Positions 21,462-33,697 of a DNA stretch of 64,000 nt are shown here, piece by piece. The stretch's first letter is position 1; each line of letters begins with the position of its first letter. The DNA is from an uncultured Actinomycetota bacterium. GTDB taxonomy: Bacteria; Actinomycetota; Actinomycetes; JAHEKZ01. Position numbers and translations under genes: made by a program. The notes under the pieces were generated by a model. That model was not told where the DNA came from. It saw nothing but the letters and a program-made list of their open reading frames with translations, and searched no databases. The stretch is from NCBI GenBank assembly GCA_963743915.1, contig CAVURN010000002.1, positions 160,001 through 224,000 of the forward strand, written 5' to 3'.

Positions 21462-22870
21462 GCACCACCGCACACCCCGATCTCGAGGGCCTCGGCACCT
21501 ACGAGTACGGCTGGCACGACGCGGACACGGCGGGCAGCTCGGCCCAGCGTGGGCTGTCCGAGGCGGTCGTCCGGGACATCTCCGCGAAGAAGGACGAGCC
21601 GGAGTGGATGCTGGAGATGCGCCTGAAGTCGCTCCGGCTGTTCGGCAAGAAGCCGATGCCGACGTGGGGATCGGACCTGTCGGGCATCGACTTCGACAAC
21701 ATCAAGTACTTCGTGCGCTCCACCGAGAAGCAGGCGACGTCGTGGGAAGAGCTGCCCGACGACATCAAGAACACGTACGACCGTCTCGGCATCCCCGAGG
21801 CCGAGAAGCAGCGGTTGGTCGCCGGAGTCGCCGCGCAGTACGAGTCCGAGGTCGTGTACCACCGGATCCGTGAGGACCTCGAGGAGCAGGGCGTGCTGTT
21901 CCTCGACACCGACACCGCGCTGCGCGAGCACCCGGAGATCTTCCGAGAGTACTTCGGCACGGTGATCCCGCCAGGCGACAACAAGTTCGCCGCGCTGAAC
22001 AGCGCCGTGTGGTCCGGTGGGTCCTTCATCTACGTCCCCAAGGGCGTGCAGGTCGAGATCCCGCTGCAGGCCTACTTCCGGATCAACACCGAGAACATGG
22101 GGCAGTTCGAGCGCACGCTGATCATCGTCGACGAGGGTGCGTACGTGCACTACGTCGAGGGGTGCACCGCCCCCATCTACTCCAGCGACTCGTTGCACTC
22201 TGCTGTCGTCGAGATCATCGTCAAGAAGGACGCGCGCTGCCGGTACACGACCATCCAGAACTGGTCGAACAACGTCTACAACCTCGTCACCAAGCGTGCG
22301 GTCGCCCACGAGGGCGCGACGATGGAGTGGGTCGACGGCAACATCGGTTCGAAGGTGACGATGAAGTACCCGGCCGTCTGGCTGGTCGGCGAGCACGCCA
22401 AGGGCGAGACGCTCTCGGTGGCCTTCGCCGGTGAGGGACAGCACCAGGACGCCGGCTCCAAGATGGTCCACGCCGCGCCGAACACCTCCTCGAGCGTGGT
22501 CTCGAAGTCGGTCGCGCGCGGTGGTGGGCGCACCTCGTACCGCGGGCTGGTCCAGATCAAGGAGGGGTGTCACGGAGCCAAGTCGACGGTGAAGTGCGAT
22601 GCGCTGCTGGTCGACGACATCAGTCGCTCCGACACCTACCCGTACGCCGACATCCGTGAGGATGACGTGTCGATGGGGCACGAGGCGACCGTCACCAAGC
22701 TCTCCGAGGACCAGCTCTTCTACCTGATGAGCCGGGGCATGACCGAGGACGAGGCGATGGCCATGATCGTGCGCGGGTTCGTCGAGCCCATCGCCCGTGA
22801 GCTGCCCATGGAGTACGCGCTCGAGCTCAACCGCCTGATCGAGCTGCAGATGGAAGGAGCGGTGGGCTGA
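21458..22870 (+). CDS. sufB: Fe-S cluster assembly protein SufB
   Basis: [54 protein letters not shown]; no intein. Confidence 0.98.
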   Translation: MSTTAHPDLEGLGTYEYGWHDADTAGSSAQRGLSEAVVRDISAKKDEPEWMLEMRLKSLRLFGKKPMPTWGSDLSGIDFDNIKYFVRSTEKQATSWEELPDDIKNTYDRLGIPEAEKQRLVAGVAAQYESEVVYHRIREDLEEQGVLFLDTDTALREHPEIFREYFGTVIPPGDNKFAALNSAVWSGGSFIYVPKGVQVEIPLQAYFRINTENMGQFERTLIIVDEGAYVHYVEGCTAPIYSSDSLHSAVVEIIVKKDARCRYTTIQNWSNNVYNLVTKRAVAHEGATMEWVDGNIGSKVTMKYPAVWLVGEHAKGETLSVAFAGEGQHQDAGSKMVHAAPNTSSSVVSKSVARGGGRTSYRGLVQIKEGCHGAKSTVKCDALLVDDISRSDTYPYADIREDDVSMGHEATVTKLSEDQLFYLMSRGMTEDEAMAMIVRGFVEPIARELPMEYALELNRLIELQMEGAVG

Positions 22871-22872
22871 CC

Positions 22873-24030
22873 GTGTCCGCAGCACCACAGACGACCACGC
22901 CCGCCGCCGACCGCGGTGAGCGCCTTCGCTCCTACGACCCGGCCGACTTCGCGGTGCCGTCCGGACGTGAGGAGGAGTGGCGCTTCACGCCGCTCCGCCA
23001 GCTGCGCGACGTCCTCGAGGCCGACCACGCCTCGGGGTCGGTCACGATCGACGTGCAGGCGCCCAGCGACGCCAAGGTCGAGCGGGTCTCCGCGCTCGGG
23101 GGAGACCGCGACCCCAGGATCGGGTCGGTCGGGGTGCCCGCCGAGCGGGGTGCCGCACAGGCCTTCGCCCACGCGCGCGAAGCCACCGTCATCACCGTGC
23201 CGCACGACACCAAGCTCACCGAGCCGGTCGTCGTCCGCGCCCACGGGAGCAGTGCCGCCTCGGCCGACTACGGTCACCTGTTCCTCGACGTCGAGCCGTT
23301 CGCCTCGGCGGTGGTCGTGCTCGACCACGTCGGCTCGGCCACCTATGCCGACAACCTCGAGATCCGGGTGGGTGACCAGGGGCACCTCACGGTGGTCTCC
23401 CTGCTCGACTGGGACCTCGACACCGTGCACGTGTCGGCCCACCACCTCCAGGTCGGACGCGACGCGCGCGTCCTGCACGTCGTCGTCTCCCTGGGCGGTG
23501 AGGTGCTGCGCATCTCTCCGGAGGTCACCTACGCCGGCCCCGGGGGTGACGTCGAGCTGCTCGGCCTCTTCTTCACCGACCCCGACCAGCACCACGAGCA
23601 CCGGATCTTCGTCGACCACAGCGAGCCCCACTGCCGCAGCAACGTCAACTACAAGGGCGCCTTGATCGGCGAACACGCGCACTCGGTCTGGATCGGTGAC
23701 GTGCTCATCCGGGCCGCCGCCACCGGTACCGAGACATACGAGATCAACCGCAACCTGCTGCTCAGCGACGGACCGCGGGCCGACTCCGTGCCCAACCTCG
23801 AGATCGAGACGGGTGACGTCACCAGCGCGGGCCACGCCAGCGTCACCGGACGACTCGATGACGACCAGCTCTTCTACCTGATGTCCCGCGGCGTGCCTGA
23901 GCTCGAGGCGCGCCGGCTCGTGGTCAACGGGTTCTTCGCCGAGCTCCGCGACCGGATCGGGGTCGCGTTCGTCACCGAGCGACTCGCGTCCGCTCTGGAG
24001 TCCGAGCTGGAAAGGGCCACCGCATCGTGA
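22873..24030 (+). CDS. sufD: Fe-S cluster assembly protein SufD
   Basis: [45 protein letters not shown]. Confidence 0.96.
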   Translation: MSAAPQTTTPAADRGERLRSYDPADFAVPSGREEEWRFTPLRQLRDVLEADHASGSVTIDVQAPSDAKVERVSALGGDRDPRIGSVGVPAERGAAQAFAHAREATVITVPHDTKLTEPVVVRAHGSSAASADYGHLFLDVEPFASAVVVLDHVGSATYADNLEIRVGDQGHLTVVSLLDWDLDTVHVSAHHLQVGRDARVLHVVVSLGGEVLRISPEVTYAGPGGDVELLGLFFTDPDQHHEHRIFVDHSEPHCRSNVNYKGALIGEHAHSVWIGDVLIRAAATGTETYEINRNLLLSDGPRADSVPNLEIETGDVTSAGHASVTGRLDDDQLFYLMSRGVPELEARRLVVNGFFAELRDRIGVAFVTERLASALESELERATAS

Positions 24031-24350
24031 CCACCCCCCACTTCGTCCCCGTCTGCCAGCTGAGCGAGCTGACCGAGACCGAGCCCCGCAAGGCCGTGGT
24101 CGACGGCACGACCATCGCCGTCGTCCTCACCGAAGGCGAGGTCTTCGCGATCGACGACACCTGCTCCCACGGGGCGGTGTCACTCGCCGAGGGTGAGGTC
24201 GAGGGCTGCGCCCTCGAGTGCTGGTTGCACGGGTCGAAGTTCGACCTGCGCACCGGCGCCCCGCTCTCCCTTCCCGCCACCGACCCGGTGCCCGTCTACC
24301 CCGTCAAGGTCGAGGACGGCACCGTCCTCGTCGCAACCCAGGAGCAGTGA
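24027..24350 (+). CDS. Rieske (2Fe-2S) ferredoxin of suf operon
   Basis: CSH...CWLHGSKFDLRTG Rieske motif. Confidence 0.94.
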   Translation: MTTPHFVPVCQLSELTETEPRKAVVDGTTIAVVLTEGEVFAIDDTCSHGAVSLAEGEVEGCALECWLHGSKFDLRTGAPLSLPATDPVPVYPVKVEDGTVLVATQEQ

Positions 24351-24355
24351 TCCGC

Positions 24356-25132
24356 ATGAGCGTCCTCGAGGTCAGTGACCTGCACGTCTCGGTCGAGGCC
24401 GACGACGGTGCCCGCCCCATCCTCAAGGGGGTCGACCTGACCATCCGCAGCGGTGAGACCCACGCCCTGATGGGGCCGAACGGCTCGGGCAAGTCGACAT
24501 TGGCCTACGCCATCGCCGGTCATCCTCGCTACGCGGTAACGGCTGGGTCCATCACGCTCGACGGCGACGACCTGCTCACGATGAGCGTCGACGAGCGCGC
24601 GCGGGCCGGGATCTTCCTGGCCATGCAGTACCCGGTCGAGGTCCCCGGCGTCTCGGTGACGAACTTCCTGCGCACCGCGGCCACGGCGGTACGGGGCGAG
24701 GCGCCGAAGGTCAGGCACTGGGTCAAGGAGGTCCGCGAGACCATGGACCGCCTCTCGATGGACCCCGCGTTCGCCGAGCGCAACGTGAACGAGGGCTTCT
24801 CCGGCGGCGAGAAGAAGCGCTCCGAGCTGCTTCAGCTGGAGCTGCTGCGTCCCTCCATCGCCGTGCTCGACGAGATCGACTCGGGCCTCGACGTCGACGC
24901 GTTGAAGGTGGTCTCCGAAGGCATCAACCGGATGCGCGCCACCGGTGAGACCGGCCTGATGCTCATCACGCACTACACGCGCATCCTGCGGTACGTCGTC
25001 CCCGACCACGTCCACGTCTTCGCGGGTGGTCGCATCGTCGAGCGCGGGGGACCCGAGCTCGCGGAGACGCTCGAGGCGGAGGGCTACGAGCGCTACACGG
25101 GGCGTGACCTCGCCGACGTCGGAGCGGGCTGA
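24356..25132 (+). CDS. sufC: Fe-S cluster assembly ATPase SufC
   Basis: MGPNGSGKST, FLAMQYPVEVPGV, NEGFSGGEKKR, LDEIDSGLDVDA, ITHYTR. Confidence 0.97.
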   Translation: MSVLEVSDLHVSVEADDGARPILKGVDLTIRSGETHALMGPNGSGKSTLAYAIAGHPRYAVTAGSITLDGDDLLTMSVDERARAGIFLAMQYPVEVPGVSVTNFLRTAATAVRGEAPKVRHWVKEVRETMDRLSMDPAFAERNVNEGFSGGEKKRSELLQLELLRPSIAVLDEIDSGLDVDALKVVSEGINRMRATGETGLMLITHYTRILRYVVPDHVHVFAGGRIVERGGPELAETLEAEGYERYTGRDLADVGAG

Positions 25133-26864
<1,732 letters not shown>

Positions 26865-26868
<4 letters not shown>

Positions 26869-27185
26869 GCGAGACCACCGTCAGCACCGACGACCTCACC
26901 GAGGCCATGCGCGACGTGGTCGACCCCGAGCTCGGGATCAACGTGGTCGACCTCGGCCTGGTCTACGGCATCACCGTCGACGACACGAACACCGCTGTCA
27001 TCGACATGACGCTGACCAGCGCGGCGTGCCCGTTGACCGACGTCATCGAGGACCAGACTCAGGTGGCCCTGGGCGCCCTGGTCGACGGCGTGCGGATCAA
27101 CTGGGTGTGGATGCCGCCCTGGGGGCCGGACAAGATCACCGATGACGGTCGCGAGCAGCTGCGCGCCCTGGGCTTCAACGTCTGA
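26865..27185 (+). CDS. sufT: Metal-sulfur cluster assembly factor (DUF59)
   Basis: VVDPELGINVVDLGLVY, MTLTSAACPL, WMPPW. Confidence 0.94.
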
Positions 27186-27247
27186 CGCCGCCCGCGCAGG
27201 CAGAAATGCCCGGGCCGTCGACACCGGTCTGACGGAATACTGACGCC

Positions 27248-28846
27248 GTGATCACTGCCACCGAGATCGAGCTCCGCGCGGGATCCCGCCTCCTGCTCGA
27301 CCACGCGAGCTTCCGCGTGGCGGCCGGTGAGAAGGTCGGACTCGTCGGGCGCAACGGTGCCGGCAAGACCACGCTGACCAAGGTGCTCGCCGGGGAGGGA
27401 ACACCGGCGTCGGGGACCGTGACGCGTTCGGGCGGCATCGGCTACCTGCCGCAGGATCCACGGACCGGCGACCTCGGACAGCTGGCCACCGCCCGGATCC
27501 TCTCCGTCCGTGGCCTGGACCAGATCACCGTGGACCTGCGAGCCGCCGAGGCAGCCATGGCCAGCGCCGACCCCGACAGCCGTGACCGCGCCATGCGGCG
27601 CTACAGCCGGCTCGACGCGGAGTTCACGGCGGCGGGCGGCTATGCCGCCGAGTCCGCCGCCGCCCGCATCGCGGCCAGCCTCGGACTCCCCGAACGCGTG
27701 CTCGTCCAGCCGTTGAGCACGCTCTCCGGCGGCCAGCGTCGGCGGGTCGAGCTGGCCCGCATCCTGTTCAGCGACGCCGAGACGCTGCTGCTCGACGAGC
27801 CGACCAACCATCTCGACGCCGACTCGATCGGGTGGCTGCGGGACTTCCTGCGCACCTTCGCCGGAGGGGTCGTGGTGATCTCGCACGACGTCGACCTGCT
27901 GGAGAACACGGTCAACCGGGTGTTCCACCTCGACGCCAACCGCGCGGTGCTCGACGTCTACAACGTGGGGTGGCGGGCCTACCTGCAGCAACGTGAGACC
28001 GACGAACGCCGCCGGCGCCGGGAGCGCTCCAACGCCGAGAAGCAGGCGACGGCCCTCCGCGACCAGGCCGAACGCATGCGGGCCAAGGCCACCAAGGCGA
28101 AGGCGGCCCAGAACATGGTGCGGCGGGCCGACCGGCTCACCTCCGGGCTGGAGGGCGAGCGGCGGGCCGACCGGGTGGCCCGGATCCGCTTCCCCGACCC
28201 CGCGCCGTGCGGCAGGACCCCCCTCACCGCGCAGTCGCTGTCGAAGTCCTACGGCTCTCTGGAGGTCTTCACCGACGTCGACCTGGCGGTCGACCGCGGG
28301 TCGAGGGTGGTCGTGCTGGGGCTCAACGGAGCCGGCAAGACCACCCTGCTGCGCCTTCTGGCGGGCGTGGAGACCCCTGACACGGGGAGCGTGGACGCGG
28401 GGCACGGGCTCCGCCTGGGGTACTACGCCCAGGAGCACGAGACGCTCGACGCGGACCGCTCGGTGATCGAGAACCTGCTGTCAGCGAGCCCGTCACTGTC
28501 GGAGACCGAGGGGCGCACCCTGCTCGGCAGCTTCCTCTTCACCGGTGACACCGTCTACCAGCCGGCGGGGACCCTGTCCGGCGGTGAGAAGACCCGGCTT
28601 GCCCTCGCCTGCCTGGTGGCCTCGAGCGCCAACGTCCTGCTGCTCGACGAGCCCACCAACAACCTCGACCCGGCGAGCCGCGAGGAGATCCTGGGGGCGC
28701 TTCGCGGATTCGGTGGCGCGATCGTGCTCGTGACGCACGACGAGGGAGCGGTGGACGCGCTGCAGCCCGAGCGACTGATCCTGCTCCCGGACGGCGTCGA
28801 GGACCTCTGGTCGGCTGACTACGCCGACCTCATCGCGCTGGCCTGA
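27248..28846 (+). CDS. ABC-F family ATPase (two ABC domains, no TM)
   Basis: GRNGAGKTT, LSGGQRRR, LLDEPTNHLD; GLNGAGKTT, LSGGEKTR, LLDEPTNNLD. Confidence 0.94.
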   Translation: MITATEIELRAGSRLLLDHASFRVAAGEKVGLVGRNGAGKTTLTKVLAGEGTPASGTVTRSGGIGYLPQDPRTGDLGQLATARILSVRGLDQITVDLRAAEAAMASADPDSRDRAMRRYSRLDAEFTAAGGYAAESAAARIAASLGLPERVLVQPLSTLSGGQRRRVELARILFSDAETLLLDEPTNHLDADSIGWLRDFLRTFAGGVVVISHDVDLLENTVNRVFHLDANRAVLDVYNVGWRAYLQQRETDERRRRRERSNAEKQATALRDQAERMRAKATKAKAAQNMVRRADRLTSGLEGERRADRVARIRFPDPAPCGRTPLTAQSLSKSYGSLEVFTDVDLAVDRGSRVVVLGLNGAGKTTLLRLLAGVETPDTGSVDAGHGLRLGYYAQEHETLDADRSVIENLLSASPSLSETEGRTLLGSFLFTGDTVYQPAGTLSGGEKTRLALACLVASSANVLLLDEPTNNLDPASREEILGALRGFGGAIVLVTHDEGAVDALQPERLILLPDGVEDLWSADYADLIALA

Positions 28847-28908
28847 CTCAATTGGCCTGATGGTCGGGATCGGCGCATGATGGGACGAGTCACGATCAGG
28901 AGGCGGCT

Positions 28909-29127
28909 GTGAGCGATCTGGGCAAGGGACGACGCATCACCGGCGACGAGCGCGGCACGCTCTCGAGCACGCTGCGCCAGCGCTACGAAGGTGGAGCCAG
29001 CATCCGTACCCTGGCCGCCGAGACCGGGCGGTCCTACGGGTTCGTCCACCGTGTGCTGCTCGAGTCCGGTGCCACGCTCCGTGGTCGGGGCGGGGCAACC
29101 CGCGGCAAGAAGCGCGCCACCCACTGA
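28909..29127 (+). CDS. Small HTH DNA-binding protein, Gbn/SCO1839-like nucleoid-associated protein
   Basis: KGRRITG...YEGGASIRTLAAETGRSYGFVHRVL.ESG..LRGRGGATR; AGGAGG RBS; directly after ABC-F as in Streptomyces. Confidence 0.85.
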   Translation: MSDLGKGRRITGDERGTLSSTLRQRYEGGASIRTLAAETGRSYGFVHRVLLESGATLRGRGGATRGKKRATH

Positions 29128-29259
29128 CGTCCGGCGCCCTCCGCCACGCCTGGGCGACGTTCGCTGCACGCGTAGCAGCAGGCCGTCCGGAATGCGCGAA
29201 CCCGCGGCGGTCGTTGCCCTCAGGGTGACCAAAGGGGTCACCGACTCTCCGGAGGCGCC

Positions 29260-31122
29260 GTGAGCATGCAGGGGTGGTCGACCCTCCGTTCGTTCGCGCG
29301 CGACGGGAGTGTGGCCGACAAGCACCTCGCCCCGGGCACCGTGCGTCGGGTGGGCGGATACGCCAGGCCCTACCGGCGTCCGATCGGGTTCTTCCTCGGG
29401 CTCACCGTGGTCGACGCGCTGCTCGTGGTCGCCAGCCCGCTGCTGCTGCAGCGGCTGCTCGACGACGGGGTCACACCGGGTGACAAGCAGGTCGTCGTCA
29501 CGCTGGCACTCATCGTCGCAGGGCTCGCCGTCTTCGAAGCAGTGCTGTCCCTGGTCATGCGCTGGTACTCGGCCCGGATCGGTGAGGGCCTGATCTACGA
29601 CCTCCGTCGGCAGGTCTTCGACCACGTGCAGCGGATGCCGCTGGCATTCTTCGTCCGGACGCAGACCGGTGCCTTGATCTCCCGGTTGAACAGCGACGTC
29701 ATCGGCGCGCAGCAGGCGTTCACCACCACGCTGTCCAGCGTGGTCTCGAACGGCATCAGCGTGGTGGTGGTCACCATCGCGATGCTCGCGCTCTCGTGGC
29801 AGATCACCCTTGCCGCCCTTGCGCTGCTTCCCGTCTTCTTGATCCCCGCTCGCTACGTCGGTCGCCGCCTCGCCCAGATGACGCGAGAGTCCATGCAGCT
29901 CAACGCCAGCATGAGCACCACCATGACCGAGCGCTTCAACGTCTCGGGAGCACTGCTGGTCAAGCTCTTCGGACGTCCGGACGAGGAGCGTGACTCGTTC
30001 AGTGCGCGCGCCCGCGAGGTGGCCGACATCGGCATCAGGATCGCCATGGCCAACCGGGCCTTCTTCACGGCGCTCACCCTGATCGCCTCCCTGGCCATCG
30101 CGCTCGTCTACGGGATCGGCGGGGTGCTGGCGATCGACGGAGCACTGACCGTGGGAACCCTGGTCGCGCTCGCTGCGCTGCTGGGCCGGCTCTACGGACC
30201 CCTCACGGCGCTGTCGAACGTCCGCGTGGACATCATGACCGCCCTGGTCAGCTTCGAGCGGGTGTTCGAGGTGCTCGACCTCGTCCCGATGGTGCGCGAC
30301 CGAGAGGACGCGGTGGCCCTTCCGGCCGGCCCCAAGTCCGTGCAGTTCGACCACGTCTCCTTCGCGTACCCCACGCCAGAAGAGGTCTCGCTCGCCTCAC
30401 TCGAGGCGGTGGCGCGCACTGAGACCGCACCCAGCGGTCCGGTGCTGCACGACCTGTCCTTCGAGGTGGCACCGGGCCAGATGGTGGCGCTCGTCGGCCC
30501 GTCCGGTGCGGGCAAGACCACGTTGACCTCGCTCGTCACCCGTCTGTACGACGTGACGTCGGGGCATGTGCGGGTCGGGGGGTACGACGTCCGCGATGTG
30601 ACGCTCCGCTCGCTGCAGGACGCCGTCGGCGTCGTGACCCAGGACGCCCACCTGTTCCACGACACGATCGAGGCGAACCTCCGCTATGCAGCACCGCACG
30701 CGACGGAAGCGCAGATCTGGCAGGCCCTGGGCGCAGCGCGCATCGACCACCTCGTGCGCTCGCTGCCCGAGGGGCTGGGGACCGTCGTCGGCGACCGTGG
30801 CCACCGCCTCTCCGGTGGCGAGAAGCAACGTCTCGCGATCGCGCGTCTGCTCCTGAAATCACCCGACGTGGTGATCCTCGACGAGGCGACGGCACACCTC
30901 GACAGCGAGTCCGAACGCTTTGTGCAGGAGGCGCTGGAGACCGCACTCGTCGGCCGGACCTCACTGGTCATCGCGCACCGACTCTCCACCGTACGGGCCG
31001 CGAACATCATCGTGGTCGTCGAGGACGGACGCATCGTCGAGCGGGGCGACCACCAGACCTTGCTCGCGCAGAACGGTCTCTACGCGGACCTGTACCGCAC
31101 CCAGCTCGCCCCTCAGGGATAG
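29260..31122 (+). CDS. ABC transporter, fused permease + ATPase (exporter)
   Basis: ABC membrane domain then GPSGAGKTT, LSGGEKQRLAIAR, LDEATAHLD, IAHRLST. Confidence 0.95.
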   Translation: MSMQGWSTLRSFARDGSVADKHLAPGTVRRVGGYARPYRRPIGFFLGLTVVDALLVVASPLLLQRLLDDGVTPGDKQVVVTLALIVAGLAVFEAVLSLVMRWYSARIGEGLIYDLRRQVFDHVQRMPLAFFVRTQTGALISRLNSDVIGAQQAFTTTLSSVVSNGISVVVVTIAMLALSWQITLAALALLPVFLIPARYVGRRLAQMTRESMQLNASMSTTMTERFNVSGALLVKLFGRPDEERDSFSARAREVADIGIRIAMANRAFFTALTLIASLAIALVYGIGGVLAIDGALTVGTLVALAALLGRLYGPLTALSNVRVDIMTALVSFERVFEVLDLVPMVRDREDAVALPAGPKSVQFDHVSFAYPTPEEVSLASLEAVARTETAPSGPVLHDLSFEVAPGQMVALVGPSGAGKTTLTSLVTRLYDVTSGHVRVGGYDVRDVTLRSLQDAVGVVTQDAHLFHDTIEANLRYAAPHATEAQIWQALGAARIDHLVRSLPEGLGTVVGDRGHRLSGGEKQRLAIARLLLKSPDVVILDEATAHLDSESERFVQEALETALVGRTSLVIAHRLSTVRAANIIVVVEDGRIVERGDHQTLLAQNGLYADLYRTQLAPQG

Positions 31123-31128
31123 CTGTAC

Positions 31129-31890
31129 TCAGAGGGAGCGGCGGGCTCCGCCGTCGACCGGGATGAGTGCGCCGGTCAGGTAGGACGCGGCGGCGGACAG
31201 CACGAACGCGGCGACGGTCCCGAACTCCACCGGGTCGCCGTACCGGCCCAGGGGGATGGCGGCCTCGTGACGCCGGCGCGCGGAGTCACCTCGTCCTGCC
31301 TTGGCGTCGAGCTCACGGGTGCGGTCGGTGTTGACCCGGCCCGGCATCAGCCCGTTGACCCTGATGCCGCGAGGACCGAGCTCGTCGGCGAGGTCCTTGA
31401 CGACTCCCGCCACCCCTGGGCGCAGGCCGTTCGAGACCGCGAGCCCCGGGATGGGTTCGCGCGCCGACGAGCTGAGGACGAAGGCCAGTGCTCCGCCGGC
31501 CTCCATGGCCTCGACCACGGCCCGGGCCACGCGCACCGGGCCAAGGAAGACCGACTCGAAGCCGGCCCGCCAGGCGTCGTCGCCCGTCTCCATGACCGAT
31601 CCCGGCGGTGGTCCGCCGCACGAGAGCAGGGCACCGTCGAGCCGGCCGAAGCGGGCGACCGCGGCAGCGATGAGCCGCTCCTCGGCACCGGCGTCGGTGA
31701 GGTCGGTGGGGACGCCGAGCGCGTGCTCGGAGCCACCCAGGTCGGCTACAGCGAGACCGAGCTGGTGGGAGTCGCGTGCGGCCAGCACCACGCGCGCACC
31801 CTCCTCCACCAGCGTGCGTGCGGTGGCGTGACCGAGCCCGCGGCTGCCACCGGTGATGACGAACACTCGATCGGCGAGTCCGAGATCCAT
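31129..31890 (-). CDS. SDR family oxidoreductase
   Basis: MDLGLADR..ITGGSRGLG, SNGLRPG, GIRVNGLMPG, PVDGG. Confidence 0.92.
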   Translation of the reverse strand: MDLGLADRVFVITGGSRGLGHATARTLVEEGARVVLAARDSHQLGLAVADLGGSEHALGVPTDLTDAGAEERLIAAAVARFGRLDGALLSCGGPPPGSVMETGDDAWRAGFESVFLGPVRVARAVVEAMEAGGALAFVLSSSAREPIPGLAVSNGLRPGVAGVVKDLADELGPRGIRVNGLMPGRVNTDRTRELDAKAGRGDSARRRHEAAIPLGRYGDPVEFGTVAAFVLSAAASYLTGALIPVDGGARRSL

Positions 31891-31926
31891 GAGTGCCCCT
31901 TCTGCGGTCGACCCGCCTGAGCGTAG

Positions 31927-32679
31927 TCAGTCAGCGGGCAGCGACACCGGCGTCGAGGCCGGGCGCGGCGTGCTGCTTTCGCGACGCAGCAGCACGATGT
32001 ACCCGACGAGGGCGATGACGATGAAGAGCCACCACTGGATGGCGTAGAACAGGTTCGGACCCCAGCCGCTCGAAGGTGGCTCGGGGAGCTCGAGCGCCGG
32101 ATCGGGCGTCGGCTGCTGGTCGACGAGCTCGCCGTACGCGTCGTACACCGGCGCGGGCAGGCCCACAGCGATCGACGAGGGGGTCACCTCGTACACCTGC
32201 CCCTCGGGCGCGGTCCGGTCCGAGGCCTCGTCGGGGGCCCGTAGCCGGGCTGTCACGGTGACCGGGCCCGTCGGCGGGGTCACGTCCTCGGCGGGACGCG
32301 TGGCGTCGACCGGGTTGGCGGGGACGAACCCGCGCTCCACCAGGAAGGTCCCCCCCTCGTCGAGAACCAAGGGGGTCAGGATCGCGTAGCCGGACCGGCC
32401 GTCCGGGTTGCGCTGCAGCACCTGGCCCTCGGCGCTGTACCTGCCGGAGGCGGTGACGGTGCGGTACTCCGCGCCGGGAGGGAGCCTTGCCGGGTCGGTC
32501 ACCAGCGACGGCAGTGGTGTGGCGGCAGCAGCCAGCGCGGCGTCCATGGCCTCGTTCCGGGCCGTGCGCTCCTCCCACCGCCCCCACTGCCAGGTGCCCA
32601 ACCACCAGAAGAGCACCGACATCAGGACCGTCACGGCGGCGAGCGCGAGCCAACGGGGCTGCCGGAGCGTCGCGATCAC
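31927..32679 (-). CDS. SURF1 family cytochrome oxidase assembly protein
   Basis: LGTWQWGR, ILTPL, LVERGFVP, NLFYAIQWWLF; two TM. Confidence 0.9.
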   Translation of the reverse strand: MIATLRQPRWLALAAVTVLMSVLFWWLGTWQWGRWEERTARNEAMDAALAAAATPLPSLVTDPARLPPGAEYRTVTASGRYSAEGQVLQRNPDGRSGYAILTPLVLDEGGTFLVERGFVPANPVDATRPAEDVTPPTGPVTVTARLRAPDEASDRTAPEGQVYEVTPSSIAVGLPAPVYDAYGELVDQQPTPDPALELPEPPSSGWGPNLFYAIQWWLFIVIALVGYIVLLRRESSTPRPASTPVSLPAD

Positions 32680-32701
32680 CTCACGACGGTAGCCTGAGGA
32701 C
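32680..32701. promoter_or_regulatory. Bidirectional leaderless promoter (SURF1/moaA)
   Basis: TACCGT (minus, 32686-32691) and TAGCCT (plus, 32690-32695) share TA; each lies 6 nt before a start codon. Confidence 0.7.
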
Positions 32702-33697
32702 ATGTTGGCGGACTCGTTCGGTCGGGTGGCCACCGACCTGCGGGTGTCGGTGACCGACAAGTGCAACCTGCGCTGCACCTACTGCATGCCTCCCGAAGGC
32801 CTCGACTGGATCCCCAACGACGAGCTGCTGTCCGCTGACGAGATCGTCCGGCTGGTCCGGATCGCGGTCGACCAGGGCGTCCAGGAGGTGCGGTTCACGG
32901 GCGGTGAGCCCCTCGTGCGCAAGGACCTCGAGCAGATCATCGCGGGTGTCGCGGGCCTGCCCGACCCACCCTCGCTCTCGCTCACCACGAACGGAATCGG
33001 GCTCGACGCCCGCGCGGTCAGCCTGAAGGAGGCCGGACTCACCCGGATCAACGTCTCTCTCGACACCCTGGACCGGGAGCGGTTCATCACCCTCACCCGG
33101 CGGGACCGGCTGGACGCGGTGCTCGCGGGGATCCAGGCGGCGAAAGAGGCGGGTCTGCACCCCGTCAAGGTGAACACCGTGCTGATGCGCGACGTCAATG
33201 ACGACGAGGCGGTCGACCTGGTCACCTGGGCTCTCGACCACGGGCTGATGCTCCGCTTCATCGAGCAGATGCCCCTCGACGCTCAGCACGCGTGGAGCCG
33301 CACGGAGATGATCGCGGCCGACGAGATCCTCACCCAGCTGCGCGCGCACTTCACGCTGCAACCCGCTCCGGCACCGCGGGGGAGCGAACCCGCCGAGACC
33401 TGGGAGGTGCTCGACGAAGCCGGCCGGCCGCGCGGCACGGTGGGCGTGATCGGTTCGGTCACCCGACCCTTCTGTGCCGCCTGCGACCGGGTCCGGCTGA
33501 CGAGCGACGGCCAGCTGCGCAACTGCCTGTTCGCCAGCACCGAGACCGATCTGCGCGGACCGATGCGCTCGGGCGCCGACGACGCCACGCTGGTCGGACT
33601 GATGCAGACCTGCCTGGCCGCGAAGAAGGCCGGCCACGGGATCGACGAGCCGACATTCCTGCCGCCGCCCCGACCGATGTCAGCGATCGGTGGCTGA
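32702..33697 (+). CDS. moaA: GTP 3',8-cyclase MoaA (radical SAM)
   Basis: LRVSVTDKCNLRCTYCMP, FTGGEPL, RINVSLDTL, FCAACDRVRLTSDG..RNCLF, MSAIGG end. Confidence 0.98.
   Translation: MLADSFGRVATDLRVSVTDKCNLRCTYCMPPEGLDWIPNDELLSADEIVRLVRIAVDQGVQEVRFTGGEPLVRKDLEQIIAGVAGLPDPPSLSLTTNGIGLDARAVSLKEAGLTRINVSLDTLDRERFITLTRRDRLDAVLAGIQAAKEAGLHPVKVNTVLMRDVNDDEAVDLVTWALDHGLMLRFIEQMPLDAQHAWSRTEMIAADEILTQLRAHFTLQPAPAPRGSEPAETWEVLDEAGRPRGTVGVIGSVTRPFCAACDRVRLTSDGQLRNCLFASTETDLRGPMRSGADDATLVGLMQTCLAAKKAGHGIDEPTFLPPPRPMSAIGG

Noticed and set aside
21458-22870. Possible intein in SufB as in M. tuberculosis
   Set aside because: The 470-aa length is normal and the sequence runs uninterrupted through YVEGCTAP.
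32702-33697. Radical SAM gene as a novel maturase
   Set aside because: It has both MoaA Fe-S motifs and the C-terminal GG; an ordinary MoaA.
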